From: a virus
Virus record (IMG/VR): IMGVR_UViG_3300043539_001773
DNA: 64,000 nucleotides
Reading direction: 5' to 3' (one strand)
The notes under the pieces were generated by a model, which was not told the origin of the DNA, did no database searches, and worked only from the letters and a program-made list of their open reading frames with translations. Position numbers and translations under genes: made by a program. Positions 24,293 through 34,048 of the stretch are shown one piece after another. Position 1 is the first letter of the stretch, and the number at the start of each line of letters is the position of its first letter.

Positions 24293-25393
24293 TTATATGG
24301 CTACTGGATCAGTCCCACACGGACCTTCTGGAAGGTCAGCGTCAGAATTATTTGCAACTGCAACTTGCTCCTTAACCTCTATGGCTTCGTGAGTACTGCT
24401 ATATTGGGCAACATTTCTACCTTGATAAACTGGATTCCAGCCAAGCTCTACTTTAGTGTTTTCTGGATTGCTAAATAGTGAATATGGCGATTTACAGTAT
24501 CTTTCATAATCATCATATATATTATTAAGCCAAACACCTGGACACCATTCAAAGCTTCTTTCTGGTTCGCTAATAACTACATTAGCTGGGATGTCATCGC
24601 CACCTTGGCCAAAGAAAGATAGATAAGAATATCTTACACCCTTGCCCATTTTCTCAACATCATGAGCAGCAATGTAGTTTGTTGGGAAAAATATAATATC
24701 GCCTCTTTGCGGCTTGTATGAAATGCCAAGGTGAATAAAACGAAGATGACCACCTGTAAAGTTTCTTCCATCTAATTCTTCTTCAGATTCGACACAGTCA
24801 TTTAGGTATAATAATGATCCACAAGTTTGTCTTGCAGCAACCATGCCTCTAGGCATGTATCTGACTCCGCCAGTTACCTTGTAGTTTGTATCGTTATCTG
24901 AATGACAACCTAATATGCCGCCATCACCATATCTTAAAACGTGACCTCTATTTTTCCACCAGATACTGCCAACAACTAGTGGGTAATTATCTATGTACTT
25001 AAGAAGACATTTGTAATTCTGTTCTTCTAGGTAAAGAAAAAAATCTTTAACCTTGTCTGGAGTTTCATCCGTAACAGGGTGTAAAAGTCTAATTGGTGTA
25101 GTTGGGACATCCTGAAGCCTATATCTAAAACCATCTTCATTGATACCGTACTCTACGCCGTCTTCTCCGGTAATATAAGTCCATCTGTTTTCATGAGCTT
25201 TTTCGGCTTTAGAATCAATATAGTTAAGTATCAATTCTTGATCTATTTTAAAAGCATTTCTGAAAACGATAACACCAGGTCCAAGCACTTCTATCTGAAA
25301 GTCATTTATTTCTTTTAGTTCCTTTTCACCAATCTCTGGTGTAACTGGAAATGGAGTACTATTAATAAATTTATCTTTTGGTTGATTTTCCAT
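24293..25393 (-). CDS. 2OG-Fe(II) oxygenase, prolyl-4-hydroxylase-like
   Basis: HSD...LYLND...GGHLRF...HDVEKMGKGVR. Tandem paralogue of the three downstream genes (shared INxxG and WW motifs). Confidence 0.9.
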   Translation of the reverse strand: MENQPKDKFINSTPFPVTPEIGEKELKEINDFQIEVLGPGVIVFRNAFKIDQELILNYIDSKAEKAHENRWTYITGEDGVEYGINEDGFRYRLQDVPTTPIRLLHPVTDETPDKVKDFFLYLEEQNYKCLLKYIDNYPLVVGSIWWKNRGHVLRYGDGGILGCHSDNDTNYKVTGGVRYMPRGMVAARQTCGSLLYLNDCVESEEELDGRNFTGGHLRFIHLGISYKPQRGDIIFFPTNYIAAHDVEKMGKGVRYSYLSFFGQGGDDIPANVVISEPERSFEWCPGVWLNNIYDDYERYCKSPYSLFSNPENTKVELGWNPVYQGRNVAQYSSTHEAIEVKEQVAVANNSDADLPEGPCGTDPVAI

Positions 25394-25395
25394 AA

Positions 25396-26013
25396 TTATC
25401 CTAACATCTCATCAATAGCTTCTCTAATTGTCCATCCGGCACCCATAACCCTTGGTACTTCATCTAGAGGCATATCTTGCCAGTTAAATCTAGCAACCAT
25501 AATACCGTCTCTACTAACTAAAAATTTTTCATATCCATGTGAAATTCTAGCAATTGCTTGTCCAGCTAAATTTTGATTCTCTACAGCCTTATCGCTTTGA
25601 TCAGCGGTAAAGTCTGAGTAGTTTCTCTTCTCATTACCCTTCAGCGCTGAAAATACAGGGTGTTCGTTTTTCCCATTGACATCTGCTTTTTCAAAAAATG
25701 GAAAAGTCACAAAAGGATAATGCTCTTTAACAAAAGGGATTATCTCTTCATTTGTTCCTGGTTCCATTTGGGCAAATTGGTTATTAGGAAATGCCAATAC
25801 GGAAAACCCTCTATCCTTAAATTCGTCATGCACTTGTTGCAGTTGCCACAATTGACGCGATGTTCTAGCATAAGACCACACCTTGGAGCACTTAGGTTCA
25901 TAACCACCAGCCTTTGTGGAGACGTTTACGATCAAAGTAAGTTTACCTTTAAACGTGGATAAGTAGTTTTTTTGACCATCTATCGATGTAGCTTCTATAT
26001 CATAAATTGACAT
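25396..26013 (-). CDS. Glutathione peroxidase-like protein
   Basis: LIVNVSTK, VLAFPNNQFAQMEPG, KADVNGKNEHPVF, EKFLVSRDG; start taken at MSIYDI. Confidence 0.85.
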   Translation of the reverse strand: MSIYDIEATSIDGQKNYLSTFKGKLTLIVNVSTKAGGYEPKCSKVWSYARTSRQLWQLQQVHDEFKDRGFSVLAFPNNQFAQMEPGTNEEIIPFVKEHYPFVTFPFFEKADVNGKNEHPVFSALKGNEKRNYSDFTADQSDKAVENQNLAGQAIARISHGYEKFLVSRDGIMVARFNWQDMPLDEVPRVMGAGWTIREAIDEMLG

Positions 26014-26323
26014 TTTTTTCACCTTTGATGTCGAGTTTTGCATACTGATCTATTTCTAAGGTGCCTTCAAATTTGTCATCAACTACTTCTACATTTACGG
26101 TAAGAGTAGCTTTTATTGGGGTATCTACGGTTGCAGAAAATGTAATTGTATCACCTGATACAACGCCATTGTCAAAATCTAAGGAACCTCTTTCGCCAAT
26201 AATTGTTCCAGAAACAAATGGTTCAATTGAAGTAATGTTGGCCGTACTGTTACTAACTCCAAATGGGGTAAATACAGAAACTTGCCAATTTCCAATGATG
26301 TTTGGTGTTTTTTGATCGTTCAT
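26000..26323 (-). CDS. Hypothetical beta-barrel protein
   Basis: 107-aa ORF containing GNWQVSVFTPFG. Confidence 0.6.
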   Translation of the reverse strand: MNDQKTPNIIGNWQVSVFTPFGVSNSTANITSIEPFVSGTIIGERGSLDFDNGVVSGDTITFSATVDTPIKATLTVNVEVVDDKFEGTLEIDQYAKLDIKGEKNVNL

Positions 26324-26346
26324 ACTTTATAGTATAGCACACCTTA

Positions 26347-26958
26347 TTATCTGGCGTATCCTGACCAATCTTGAGTTTGTGCTTGCGTAGGATATTTTGG
26401 GGAAAGATTTGCACTTATAACAACCCTATTTTGATCTAAGTTATTATGCCTATTAGTCATATGGGGTATGAAAGAATTGAATATAATTAATAATCCTTCT
26501 TCTGCTGCTACGGAAACAAAACTTTCCATCGTGTTACATGCAGTTATATTAAACTGAATATCAGCACTTCCTTCTGGGGCGTTTGCGTAGTAGGCAATGG
26601 AGTAATATTCGTTTGGATATAAGTGTGTATTCAATTTATGGGAATGATAACCAACAGACTGACCATATTCTAGAGTTAGAGTCCATATATCGTTTAGTAG
26701 CATCTCTTTACCAAGAGCTATGCTTACTTCGCTTTGGAGTGCGGTAATAAGTTTTTCTGATTCTGTTTCACCAAATGGATATGTCTGATCCTCAAAATAA
26801 GAATGGTTTTTATCTTCAACAAATGAATTGTCAATTTTTTTAGAATGTGTTTTTATTTCTTCATATAGTTTATTGTTATCTATATAGTTTAATTTTTTCT
26901 TATAAATGCCAATGTTTAAAAGCGATTGGAATTCAAAATCATTCATAGTAAAATTCAC
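26347..26958 (-). CDS. Putative 2OG-Fe(II) oxygenase (HxH type)
   Basis: IW...YHSH...YSIAYY...LIIFNSFIPH...RVVISAN. Confidence 0.75.
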   Translation of the reverse strand: MNFTMNDFEFQSLLNIGIYKKKLNYIDNNKLYEEIKTHSKKIDNSFVEDKNHSYFEDQTYPFGETESEKLITALQSEVSIALGKEMLLNDIWTLTLEYGQSVGYHSHKLNTHLYPNEYYSIAYYANAPEGSADIQFNITACNTMESFVSVAAEEGLLIIFNSFIPHMTNRHNNLDQNRVVISANLSPKYPTQAQTQDWSGYAR

Positions 26959-27616
26959 CGGTTTCTAGGGCTAAGGGAGGACTATCCTTATGCCAAACGT
27001 TGATGATCATAACCCTTCTTATTCCCGTAATTGGAGGAGTAGTATTATGAACCATGTGGCCAGCATCAAAAATTATCAGTCTATTTGGTTTGCAAGCTAT
27101 TCTTTCACGTTCTTCAAGCACAGAAATATTATTTTTAATATTTTCTGTTTCTAAGGCGTTGAGAGTATTCTCAATAATTGCATTAGGATGCAACTCTAGG
27201 AATCCGCCTACAACATCATTCGTATGAGGGTAGTACACACAGCCTATTGCTGGACCACGAAAAATTTTCTCTTTTGCATACAAGAAGGTGTCTTCGTCAA
27301 CGTGCGTATCTAGGTATTGACCAGGGTTAAATGTCCTAGTCCAATATTCGAAACCACAAACATCTTTTTCATCAAAAGGGAGATTGTTTTCCCATATAGA
27401 TTTAATTATTTGTTTGGAAAGTGTGTTTGTTTCAGATTTCCACCAACCATCCCAAAACATGTATGGGGCAAAACAACTTGATTTCTCATAGTGATATGAG
27501 TTTAATTCAGTAGCAATTCTTATTTCTGAACCCATTGATTGGGGGAACAAGTTTTCTGACAATTCAATTTGCTTTAATAGCTCAGAATCTTTTATAAAAT
27601 TATCAATTACTATCAT
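26939..27616 (-). CDS. 2OG-Fe(II) oxygenase
   Basis: FEYW...HVDED...GGFLE...PNRLIIFDAGHMVH...RRVMIINVW. Confidence 0.8.
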   Translation of the reverse strand: MIVIDNFIKDSELLKQIELSENLFPQSMGSEIRIATELNSYHYEKSSCFAPYMFWDGWWKSETNTLSKQIIKSIWENNLPFDEKDVCGFEYWTRTFNPGQYLDTHVDEDTFLYAKEKIFRGPAIGCVYYPHTNDVVGGFLELHPNAIIENTLNALETENIKNNISVLEERERIACKPNRLIIFDAGHMVHNTTPPITGIRRVMIINVWHKDSPPLALETGEFYYE

Positions 27617-27628
27617 GATAGTATTATA

Positions 27629-28348
27629 CTACAGTTTTACGACAGTTGTTGTTCCTAGTAGAGTGTAATCGTGAGACACGCATACGTTTTCTAAACTCTT
27701 TAAATGTTGGTTTATTTCAGAATAAGGAGAATACTCTGCGTCAGCTTCATATAGATTTCCACCATCGTTAGCCCAAGTTATTAACATAACGCCATTATCA
27801 GCTAACATATTGAAGTAAGAAAGAACTAATGATGGATCATGTATTATATCATATGAGCCAAATGATATGAAATCAAAAGGACCGGCAGCTGATGCTTCAG
27901 CGTCTTGTCTTGAAATTACGTCATAGTCCAATTCGGCTATTTCTGCCTCTGTTAAAATACAGCGTTCAAGAAGGTTTAATTGATAATTATTTATTAGTGT
28001 AAGCTCTGATCTGCTTGCTACAGTTTTCATGAAACTCATGCTCCATACTGAGTGTGACAATAAGGACTTGGCCGGATTCTTAATCATGAAAGTAATTTCT
28101 TGTGGATTATCTCCATATCTATAGCCATCTGTACTTTTATGTACCGAATCTTCTCTAGAAAAAGTGTCAAAATACCACATAAAGATATCTCCACCTACTG
28201 CTATTTTTCTCTTATCCAAAGGAAGAGTATCTAAATATTCTTTAATCTTAGCAAAGTTATCATATTCAAGCTGATTTATTTCTTCATTTGATCTATAAGG
28301 TTTTACTAGGTTGTTAATTCTAGAGAAGAAGGATTTTTCTATGCTCAT
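27629..28348 (-). CDS. Methyltransferase-like protein (class I SAM fold, possibly degenerate)
   Basis: GPFDFI...YFNMLADNGVMLI resembles the later class I motifs; no clear GxGxG. Confidence 0.4.
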   Translation of the reverse strand: MSIEKSFFSRINNLVKPYRSNEEINQLEYDNFAKIKEYLDTLPLDKRKIAVGGDIFMWYFDTFSREDSVHKSTDGYRYGDNPQEITFMIKNPAKSLLSHSVWSMSFMKTVASRSELTLINNYQLNLLERCILTEAEIAELDYDVISRQDAEASAAGPFDFISFGSYDIIHDPSLVLSYFNMLADNGVMLITWANDGGNLYEADAEYSPYSEINQHLKSLENVCVSHDYTLLGTTTVVKL

Positions 28349-28349
28349 A

Positions 28350-28652
28350 TTATGCGGCTCCTAATGCTATTTGGCGCATCCACCAAAATCTTCTAATGGT
28401 AGATACAATTAAAGTTCTTTGACTTCTTAAAATTGCAACTACTGGTTCGTCTCTATACGTTTGTTCTTGTTGCGAGTTTGGAGTTCCAATAGGGGTAATT
28501 TCTTGGTTAATCAAATTAAATGTTCTTGCTTGAGAAATGATTTCATCAATAGATAGAATATCCATATCTTCTGCTGTAAGACCAATTATGTATAATTGTA
28601 AAGCCAAGACTGACTCTATGTATTCAAGATCTTGTTCTGCATTATAGGTCAT
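28350..28652 (-). CDS. Hypothetical protein
   Basis: Tightly packed 100-aa ORF. Confidence 0.6.
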   Translation of the reverse strand: MTYNAEQDLEYIESVLALQLYIIGLTAEDMDILSIDEIISQARTFNLINQEITPIGTPNSQQEQTYRDEPVVAILRSQRTLIVSTIRRFWWMRQIALGAA

Positions 28653-28654
28653 AT

Positions 28655-28849
28655 TTACTCTTCTTCGTCATCGTTGTTAATTGAAAACCCTGTAAAAAAT
28701 CTGTCTGTTTTTATCTTACTTGCTTTAAGAATCTGGCATTGAAATTCAACTCCGTCTGGAAATGTAAAGATGCCAGCTGCCTTAGAAAACGTTGGAACTA
28801 AATCATCATTGGTATCGGACTCAGAATTGTCAATAATATTGTCCGCCAT
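28655..28849 (-). CDS. Hypothetical acidic protein
   Basis: Tightly packed 64-aa ORF. Confidence 0.55.
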   Translation of the reverse strand: MADNIIDNSESDTNDDLVPTFSKAAGIFTFPDGVEFQCQILKASKIKTDRFFTGFSINNDDEEE

Positions 28850-28852
28850 AAG

Positions 28853-29092
28853 TTATTGTTCCAATAGTTTTAGAGAAGCTATTTGATTAAATAATGAATT
28901 AAAACTAGCAGTTGTTGAAGTTGATAGCGTTCCAGTAATTGATGAAAGTGCAATAAGTTCACCAACGTTTGAAACTTCAAGAGCGCTTTCTGGATCTACC
29001 GATAACAGATACGATAATGTGTATATCGATTTTTCTAGATATACTGCAGCTTTGTTTTTCATTTCTTGTTTTTGCAAATCATTCACAGCCAT
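28853..29092 (-). CDS. Hypothetical protein
   Basis: 79-aa ORF with SD AAGGAG. Confidence 0.65.
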   Translation of the reverse strand: MAVNDLQKQEMKNKAAVYLEKSIYTLSYLLSVDPESALEVSNVGELIALSSITGTLSTSTTASFNSLFNQIASLKLLEQ

Positions 29093-29103
29093 TTCTTACT
29101 CCT

Positions 29104-29358
29104 TTAGGATAGTTCTGCTATTTTTGCATCTATGCTAGCGATACGTGCTAATCCGGATGTGATACTGGACTTCATTCCATAACCGGGATCATCATCAATT
29201 GAGGATGCTACTGGATCAAAATTCCAAGTAGACATATCGTAAGTATCTGGATCAAATCCTAATTTTGCAATATTCTTATAAATCTCTGCTTGAAAATCTG
29301 CTTTAGCAGAATTTAAGCTTCTTAATTTTTCTGCTTGCGTAACTAACGAAAATGACAT
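29104..29358 (-). CDS. Hypothetical protein
   Basis: 84-aa ORF with SD GAGG and the TTACTATATC motif at 29391-29400. Confidence 0.65.
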   Translation of the reverse strand: MSFSLVTQAEKLRSLNSAKADFQAEIYKNIAKLGFDPDTYDMSTWNFDPVASSIDDDPGYGMKSSITSGLARIASIDAKIAELS

Positions 29359-29400
29359 TGTGCCTCACTTCTTTGGTAAAAATGTATGATGATATAGTAA

Positions 29401-30105
29401 CTAGTTATTGGGATTGTTTAACTTTAAAAGTCCAGAATTTGCTGGACCAATTCTGTTGCCTTTTTCGTCTAAACCAGTTCTGATGCCTTTCATCCAAGTC
29501 CAAGGTTCATCTTGGTTTTTCTTCATTTTAGCAGCTCCATAAGCTGCGCGCGCGTTCATTAATTCTGGCTTGTCCCAAAGATTATCTACTTTAAACTCAA
29601 CTGATTCAAGAAGATCACTTTTAAAAATATTAAAAAACATAAACGGTGTTCCTGCTTCAAATGTCACTGGCTCACCTATTTTATTAATAGCCCAATTCAT
29701 TTGAAATTCATCTGGCCACCAACTACTTGGTATGATTGCACTAAGGGGAGATGCTCCGTCAACCATATAGTTTGGAGAACCACCAATCCAAGTTTCGTAA
29801 CCTTCTTCGGTTCCAAATGCCCATCCAACTGAAAAAGAAACCATACCAATAATTCCGCCATAGGCAAGTGCTCTACCCATATATTCTTCACCGCTAAGAA
29901 TCTTTACATTGCTATTCCCGCCATCCCATTGAACTACTACATCTTGCGGAAGTATCAATTCCCACCCATGTACGTTGGCTGTAGTCATAGGAAGACACTG
30001 ATACGCATGTTTTTTATATGTGTTATCCATCCAATCTCTTTTAACCCTAGACTGGACTATCTGTGGTGGGTTTTGATGAGTCTTAGTTAAAGTAACTTGT
30101 GTCAT
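29401..30105 (-). CDS. DUF6065-like protein
   Basis: RDWMD...HAYQCLPMTTANVHGWEL...F.MNW signature; this family often occurs with 2OG oxygenases. Confidence 0.7.
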   Translation of the reverse strand: MTQVTLTKTHQNPPQIVQSRVKRDWMDNTYKKHAYQCLPMTTANVHGWELILPQDVVVQWDGGNSNVKILSGEEYMGRALAYGGIIGMVSFSVGWAFGTEEGYETWIGGSPNYMVDGASPLSAIIPSSWWPDEFQMNWAINKIGEPVTFEAGTPFMFFNIFKSDLLESVEFKVDNLWDKPELMNARAAYGAAKMKKNQDEPWTWMKGIRTGLDEKGNRIGPANSGLLKLNNPNN

Positions 30106-30108
30106 AAA

Positions 30109-30708
30109 TTAGATTGTATCATCCAACAATACTTCTATTGCAGCTTTGATATTTATAAGAGCTTGTTCTGCGTTAGTTTTTCTTTCTCCTGCATTAAACG
30201 CTAAGTCTAACAAATCAGAATTACAAAAACGGAGCATTTTTTTTCCATCTCTACCTATGATTATTTTTTCAAAATTACCTTGAATTGGGTCTTTACCATC
30301 TTGAATTAGCTTGTAAAAAGGATGCTGTTCTACGTCGGCCTTTGGCTCTGGAGCAATACCTACCAACTCACTGAATGGAAGATCTGTCTTATACAATTCT
30401 TTCATATGGTCCCTCATGTGAACTGGGCTTGCATTAGATTCCTTAAACGCACCGTAGGCATCTTCGCAGAAATCTGTACTTGGGACAGCTAATACTTCAA
30501 AACCTAAATCTTTATATTCTTTATATAGATTCTCAATAATTGGATATTGAGCAGAATTTGCACACTCTCCAGTTACGTTGACTATCATTGTTACCTTACC
30601 TTTATTCTTGGCAAGGATGTTTTCCTCACCATCCAATGACGATAGTGGAATATCATACACTGATGACTCAAAGCGTTCTAAACTTGGTAATTCATTTTTT
30701 TCAAACAT
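30109..30708 (-). CDS. Glutathione peroxidase-like protein
   Basis: MIVNVTGECANS (peroxidatic Cys), VLAVPSTDFC, IQGNFEKIIIGRDG. Confidence 0.85.
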   Translation of the reverse strand: MFEKNELPSLERFESSVYDIPLSSLDGEENILAKNKGKVTMIVNVTGECANSAQYPIIENLYKEYKDLGFEVLAVPSTDFCEDAYGAFKESNASPVHMRDHMKELYKTDLPFSELVGIAPEPKADVEQHPFYKLIQDGKDPIQGNFEKIIIGRDGKKMLRFCNSDLLDLAFNAGERKTNAEQALINIKAAIEVLLDDTI

Positions 30709-30717
30709 AATTTCTCC

Positions 30718-31452
30718 TTATTCTGGTTGAGGATATGCGAGAGGCTGATTAGATCCTTTTGTTATACCTTTTGTCGGATCCACTTTAGAGCCATCTGCTC
30801 CATAGCCTGTCCCATACTTATGATTATTATCATTATAATCAAACATAGTAACTGCAGAATATTTAGTGCCACTAGTAACCTTTAGGGATGAGTGCGCATA
30901 TATAAAAGTGGATGGGAATAGTATGATATCTCCAGCTTGAGGTTTGAATTTAATATCAAGATATGGGAACCATAGTTCTCCGCCTTCGTAGTCGTCATTC
31001 AAATAGATCACAGAAGATACTGTGCACGTGTAGGAGAAGCCATGGTCTGCATGGACAGCAAAATGCTGACCTGGGTTGTATCTAACAAAGTTAATGGCCT
31101 CCATATAATCCATCTTAAAATTATATAAAGATTCGTAGTGAGCAAGACACTTCTTAAGGTTGGTATCTACATCATCATAGCACTTCTTAACTTCTTCAAA
31201 CTCTGGAGTAAGGAACTGCCAGTGTGCAGGGCTCATTTTCAAGTCCACACAATCTCTGTACTCTGGCATTCTTTCATTATAGCCAACCATAGCTTCTGAC
31301 CATTTAAATAATTCATGAGAGCTATTGCCTATAGCTGATTCTAGTCTTTCTGGAATATTAAGTTCTCTTGGTATTGCGTTTCTGTATAAAAATATGCCAA
31401 ATTTTCTATTATCTTCTACATTGTCACAAGAACCTACGTGAAAAAATTCCAT
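30718..31452 (-). CDS. 2OG-Fe(II) oxygenase, prolyl-4-hydroxylase-like
   Basis: RYNPGQHFAVHAD...YLNDDYEGGEL...YAHSSLKVTSGTKY. Confidence 0.92.
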   Translation of the reverse strand: MEFFHVGSCDNVEDNRKFGIFLYRNAIPRELNIPERLESAIGNSSHELFKWSEAMVGYNERMPEYRDCVDLKMSPAHWQFLTPEFEEVKKCYDDVDTNLKKCLAHYESLYNFKMDYMEAINFVRYNPGQHFAVHADHGFSYTCTVSSVIYLNDDYEGGELWFPYLDIKFKPQAGDIILFPSTFIYAHSSLKVTSGTKYSAVTMFDYNDNNHKYGTGYGADGSKVDPTKGITKGSNQPLAYPQPE

Positions 31453-31525
31453 TTTACTTTCTCCTAATTATCTATTTTGTTTAGTGCTATACTATACCAC
31501 ACGCATATCTACTAAGGAGTGTTTT

Positions 31526-32161
31526 ATGGACTTTGATTCTGAGACTAAATCGTTAATCGAACCTGGACATTTTGGGGATTCTTCTGACAATATTATTATA
31601 TTGGAAAATTTTGTTGAATTACAAGATTTAAAAATTATACAGGATTTTTTACCTACTATCAATGAGTGGATGGATGCCGGAGAGAATACTTATTCCGAAG
31701 ATGGCACATGCACCTATGACGCATCTTACTGGTCTAATCGACAGTGTAGCTTTGATATCCTTTCTAGAATTAACCTAGATGTATATAATCTGGTAGACAA
31801 ATATATTTTAAAAATGAAGTATGCTTTAGAGGATAAATTTAAGGTTAAGGTAACTGTCAGACCACCAGTGATTATTAGGTGGTTTCCAGGATTAGAACAA
31901 CAACCACATGCCGATAAGCAGTTGAATGATGGATCTCCAAACCCTTTCCCTACCTATGATCTAAATTCATTAATTTATTATAATGATGATTTTGAAGGTG
32001 GAGAACTGTATTACCCACAGCACGATATCGTGGTTAAGCCAAAGCCTGGTTTAGCGGTTGCCCACCCTGGGGATATTAATTATCTTCATGGCGTCAAAAA
32101 GGTTATTAGTGGAGAAAGATTTACCACACCATCTTTTTATACTATTACAGAATTATTGTAA
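31526..32161 (+). CDS. 2OG-Fe(II) oxygenase, prolyl-4-hydroxylase-like (only plus-strand gene)
   Basis: PHADK...YYNDDFEGGELY...YLHGVKKVISGER; SD AAGGAG before ATG 31526. Confidence 0.92.
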   Translation: MDFDSETKSLIEPGHFGDSSDNIIILENFVELQDLKIIQDFLPTINEWMDAGENTYSEDGTCTYDASYWSNRQCSFDILSRINLDVYNLVDKYILKMKYALEDKFKVKVTVRPPVIIRWFPGLEQQPHADKQLNDGSPNPFPTYDLNSLIYYNDDFEGGELYYPQHDIVVKPKPGLAVAHPGDINYLHGVKKVISGERFTTPSFYTITELL

Positions 32162-32854
32162 CTAGTTAGATATAAAACCTTCACCCTCGACCCAATCATT
32201 GTCGTTGTTGTATATTTTTGGAATTCCCTTACGCGAGGGTTTGATTTTTGGATGGAATTTGCTGCTATAATCCCACCAAGTTCCGGCTGAATACCTTAAA
32301 CCTGATTTAACCACATTAACTTTATGAGCGTGCATAAATGATGATGGAAACAATATTATATCTCCAGCTTCTGGTTTAAATTCAAAATCCAATAATGGGA
32401 AGCCCAATTCTCCACCCTCGTAATCATCGTTTAAATATGCAAGTGCCGATACCACTGAAGAATAACTAGACCCATTATCTACGTGAGTTACGAAATGATG
32501 ACCTTCACCATATTTCATAAAGTTTACTCCTTGTTTAAATGGAATTTTTAAATTATACAAATCTTTATAATGAGTGATCGCACTCAGAAAACCTCGATCA
32601 ATCTCCTCATAACAGTCTTTTATTTCTTCAAATTCCGGAGTTAAGAACTGCCAATAATCTGGGTGCATTTTAAGGTCAAAACATCTTCTGTAAGTAGAAA
32701 GATCCTTACCCAGTAGATTAGTAGAATCTGTCCATTTAAATAACTCATCAGAACTATTAGCTAACACTGATTCTAATCTGTTAATTATATCCGTTCCATT
32801 TAAAATTGCATTTTTATATATATGAATTCCATGCGTGGGATTAATTATTTTCAT
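32162..32854 (-). CDS. 2OG-Fe(II) oxygenase, prolyl-4-hydroxylase-like
   Basis: HVD...YLNDDYEGGEL...HAHKVNVVKSGLRY. Close paralogue of 30718-31452 (DLKM.P..WQFLTPEFEE.K.CY); start taken at MKIINP. Confidence 0.9.
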   Translation of the reverse strand: MKIINPTHGIHIYKNAILNGTDIINRLESVLANSSDELFKWTDSTNLLGKDLSTYRRCFDLKMHPDYWQFLTPEFEEIKDCYEEIDRGFLSAITHYKDLYNLKIPFKQGVNFMKYGEGHHFVTHVDNGSSYSSVVSALAYLNDDYEGGELGFPLLDFEFKPEAGDIILFPSSFMHAHKVNVVKSGLRYSAGTWWDYSSKFHPKIKPSRKGIPKIYNNDNDWVEGEGFISN

Positions 32855-32855
32855 A

Positions 32856-33569
32856 CTATTTATCTTTTGGTTTTTGTATATAGCTTTCTTTTCTTTTGAA
32901 AAAAAATTTCCAAGATACATAATTTGTATAAAGCATTGGTGATATAGGAACCCAATAAAGCACAAAAGATAACATATTTCCTGATATATTAGATTTCCAT
33001 TGAACTATTGAATAAACAACAAAAATAGGCAGAGGTACAATATAGGATAATATTGCCCATAGTCTTAAATACTCTATCTTATAATATGTTTTTAATGTAT
33101 TGTAAATCATATAAGGAACGCACAGACTAACTGCGAATAGCATTACAATCAGCAATTGGGCTGGTTTATTGCTGTTGAAGTTTACCGCTAAGGATAGTGC
33201 GCCAAAAAAAATTACCCCATAATGGTGGTAGGCTATATCTTTTCTAATATAATATTTTTTAGCTTTAATCAGACTAAGTATTTCTACTGCTACAAGATTC
33301 ATAGACAGTGATCTCATGGGTATGTCCGGATAATTACCATGTCTAATATCCGTTATGTAATAGTAAGTTAATCCCATTAAAGACATAACGCATTGCAGCG
33401 TCTTGATTAGATTAGAACAGGCGCCTATTTCTCCAAAATGCTTTTTACCATCTGGTCTAAGTATAGATAAAAACTTTTCATTGCTATACAGATAATTCAT
33501 ACTTATATAAGTAAGTACAAAGCACAGTACTGGAATAACATTATCTAGTACAAAAGGATTTACAAACAT
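32856..33569 (-). CDS. Multi-pass membrane protein (TLC-like)
   Basis: About six hydrophobic segments and a YHHY motif. Confidence 0.55.
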   Translation of the reverse strand: MFVNPFVLDNVIPVLCFVLTYISMNYLYSNEKFLSILRPDGKKHFGEIGACSNLIKTLQCVMSLMGLTYYYITDIRHGNYPDIPMRSLSMNLVAVEILSLIKAKKYYIRKDIAYHHYGVIFFGALSLAVNFNSNKPAQLLIVMLFAVSLCVPYMIYNTLKTYYKIEYLRLWAILSYIVPLPIFVVYSIVQWKSNISGNMLSFVLYWVPISPMLYTNYVSWKFFFKRKESYIQKPKDK

Positions 33570-33632
33570 TTTTTAATTCTCCAAAATAGTAGTTGATCTA
33601 CAACTACCATCTTACCACACCAACGCTTAAGA

Positions 33633-34047
33633 TTACTTAAACGATGGTGGGAAGAACGGTGGGAAGAACGGTGGGAAAAATGGTGGGAAAAACGGTGGGA
33701 ACCATGGTGGGAACCATGGAGGAAAGAATGGTGGAAAGAATGGTGGAAAGAACGGTGGGAAATACGGTGGGAAATAAGGTGGAAAATAAGGTGGAAAGTA
33801 CGGAGGAAAAAACGGAGCGTTTCTCTCATAGGCTATAGCAGTTCCAAGTGGGGTGACAGCAGCATCTGTTAAAGCAGTTTTAACCTTGTTTAAATCTGCC
33901 GCAACAGCCGTTGCAGTATCTACTGGAGTTCCAACGGTAAAGCCAGCAGCAGTTATTGTTGCATTAGCTGCAGAGTCAGCGGTTCCGTGCTGCTACTGTA
34001 GGTTTAGGAGCTTTTCTATTTTGCTTTTTACCATCTTCAATCGCCAT
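33633..34047 (-). CDS. PASTA-like domain + (PPxF)15 repeat protein (~137 aa), missed by the ORF track; +1 shift at CGG 33985-33987
   Basis: MAIEDGKKQNRKAPKPTVAA-(C)GGA-TADSAANATITAAGFTVGTP...TPLGTAIAYERNAPFF(PPYF)4(PPFF)3(PPWF)2(PPFF)4PPSFK*. Confidence 0.8.
33639..33818 (-). repeat. 15 x 12-nt coding tandem repeat (Pro-Pro-aromatic-Phe)
   Basis: Units of CCN CCN TWY/TGG TTY; synonymous variation identifies the PPxF frame as the coding one. Confidence 0.9.
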
Positions 34048-34048
34048 A

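Noticed and set aside
33560-33838. His/Ser-rich (33560-33829, minus) and MVGRT-repeat (33644-33838, plus) ORFs
   Set aside because: Alternative-frame shadows of the PPxF repeat. Synonymous variation and the paralogue support only the PPxF frame.
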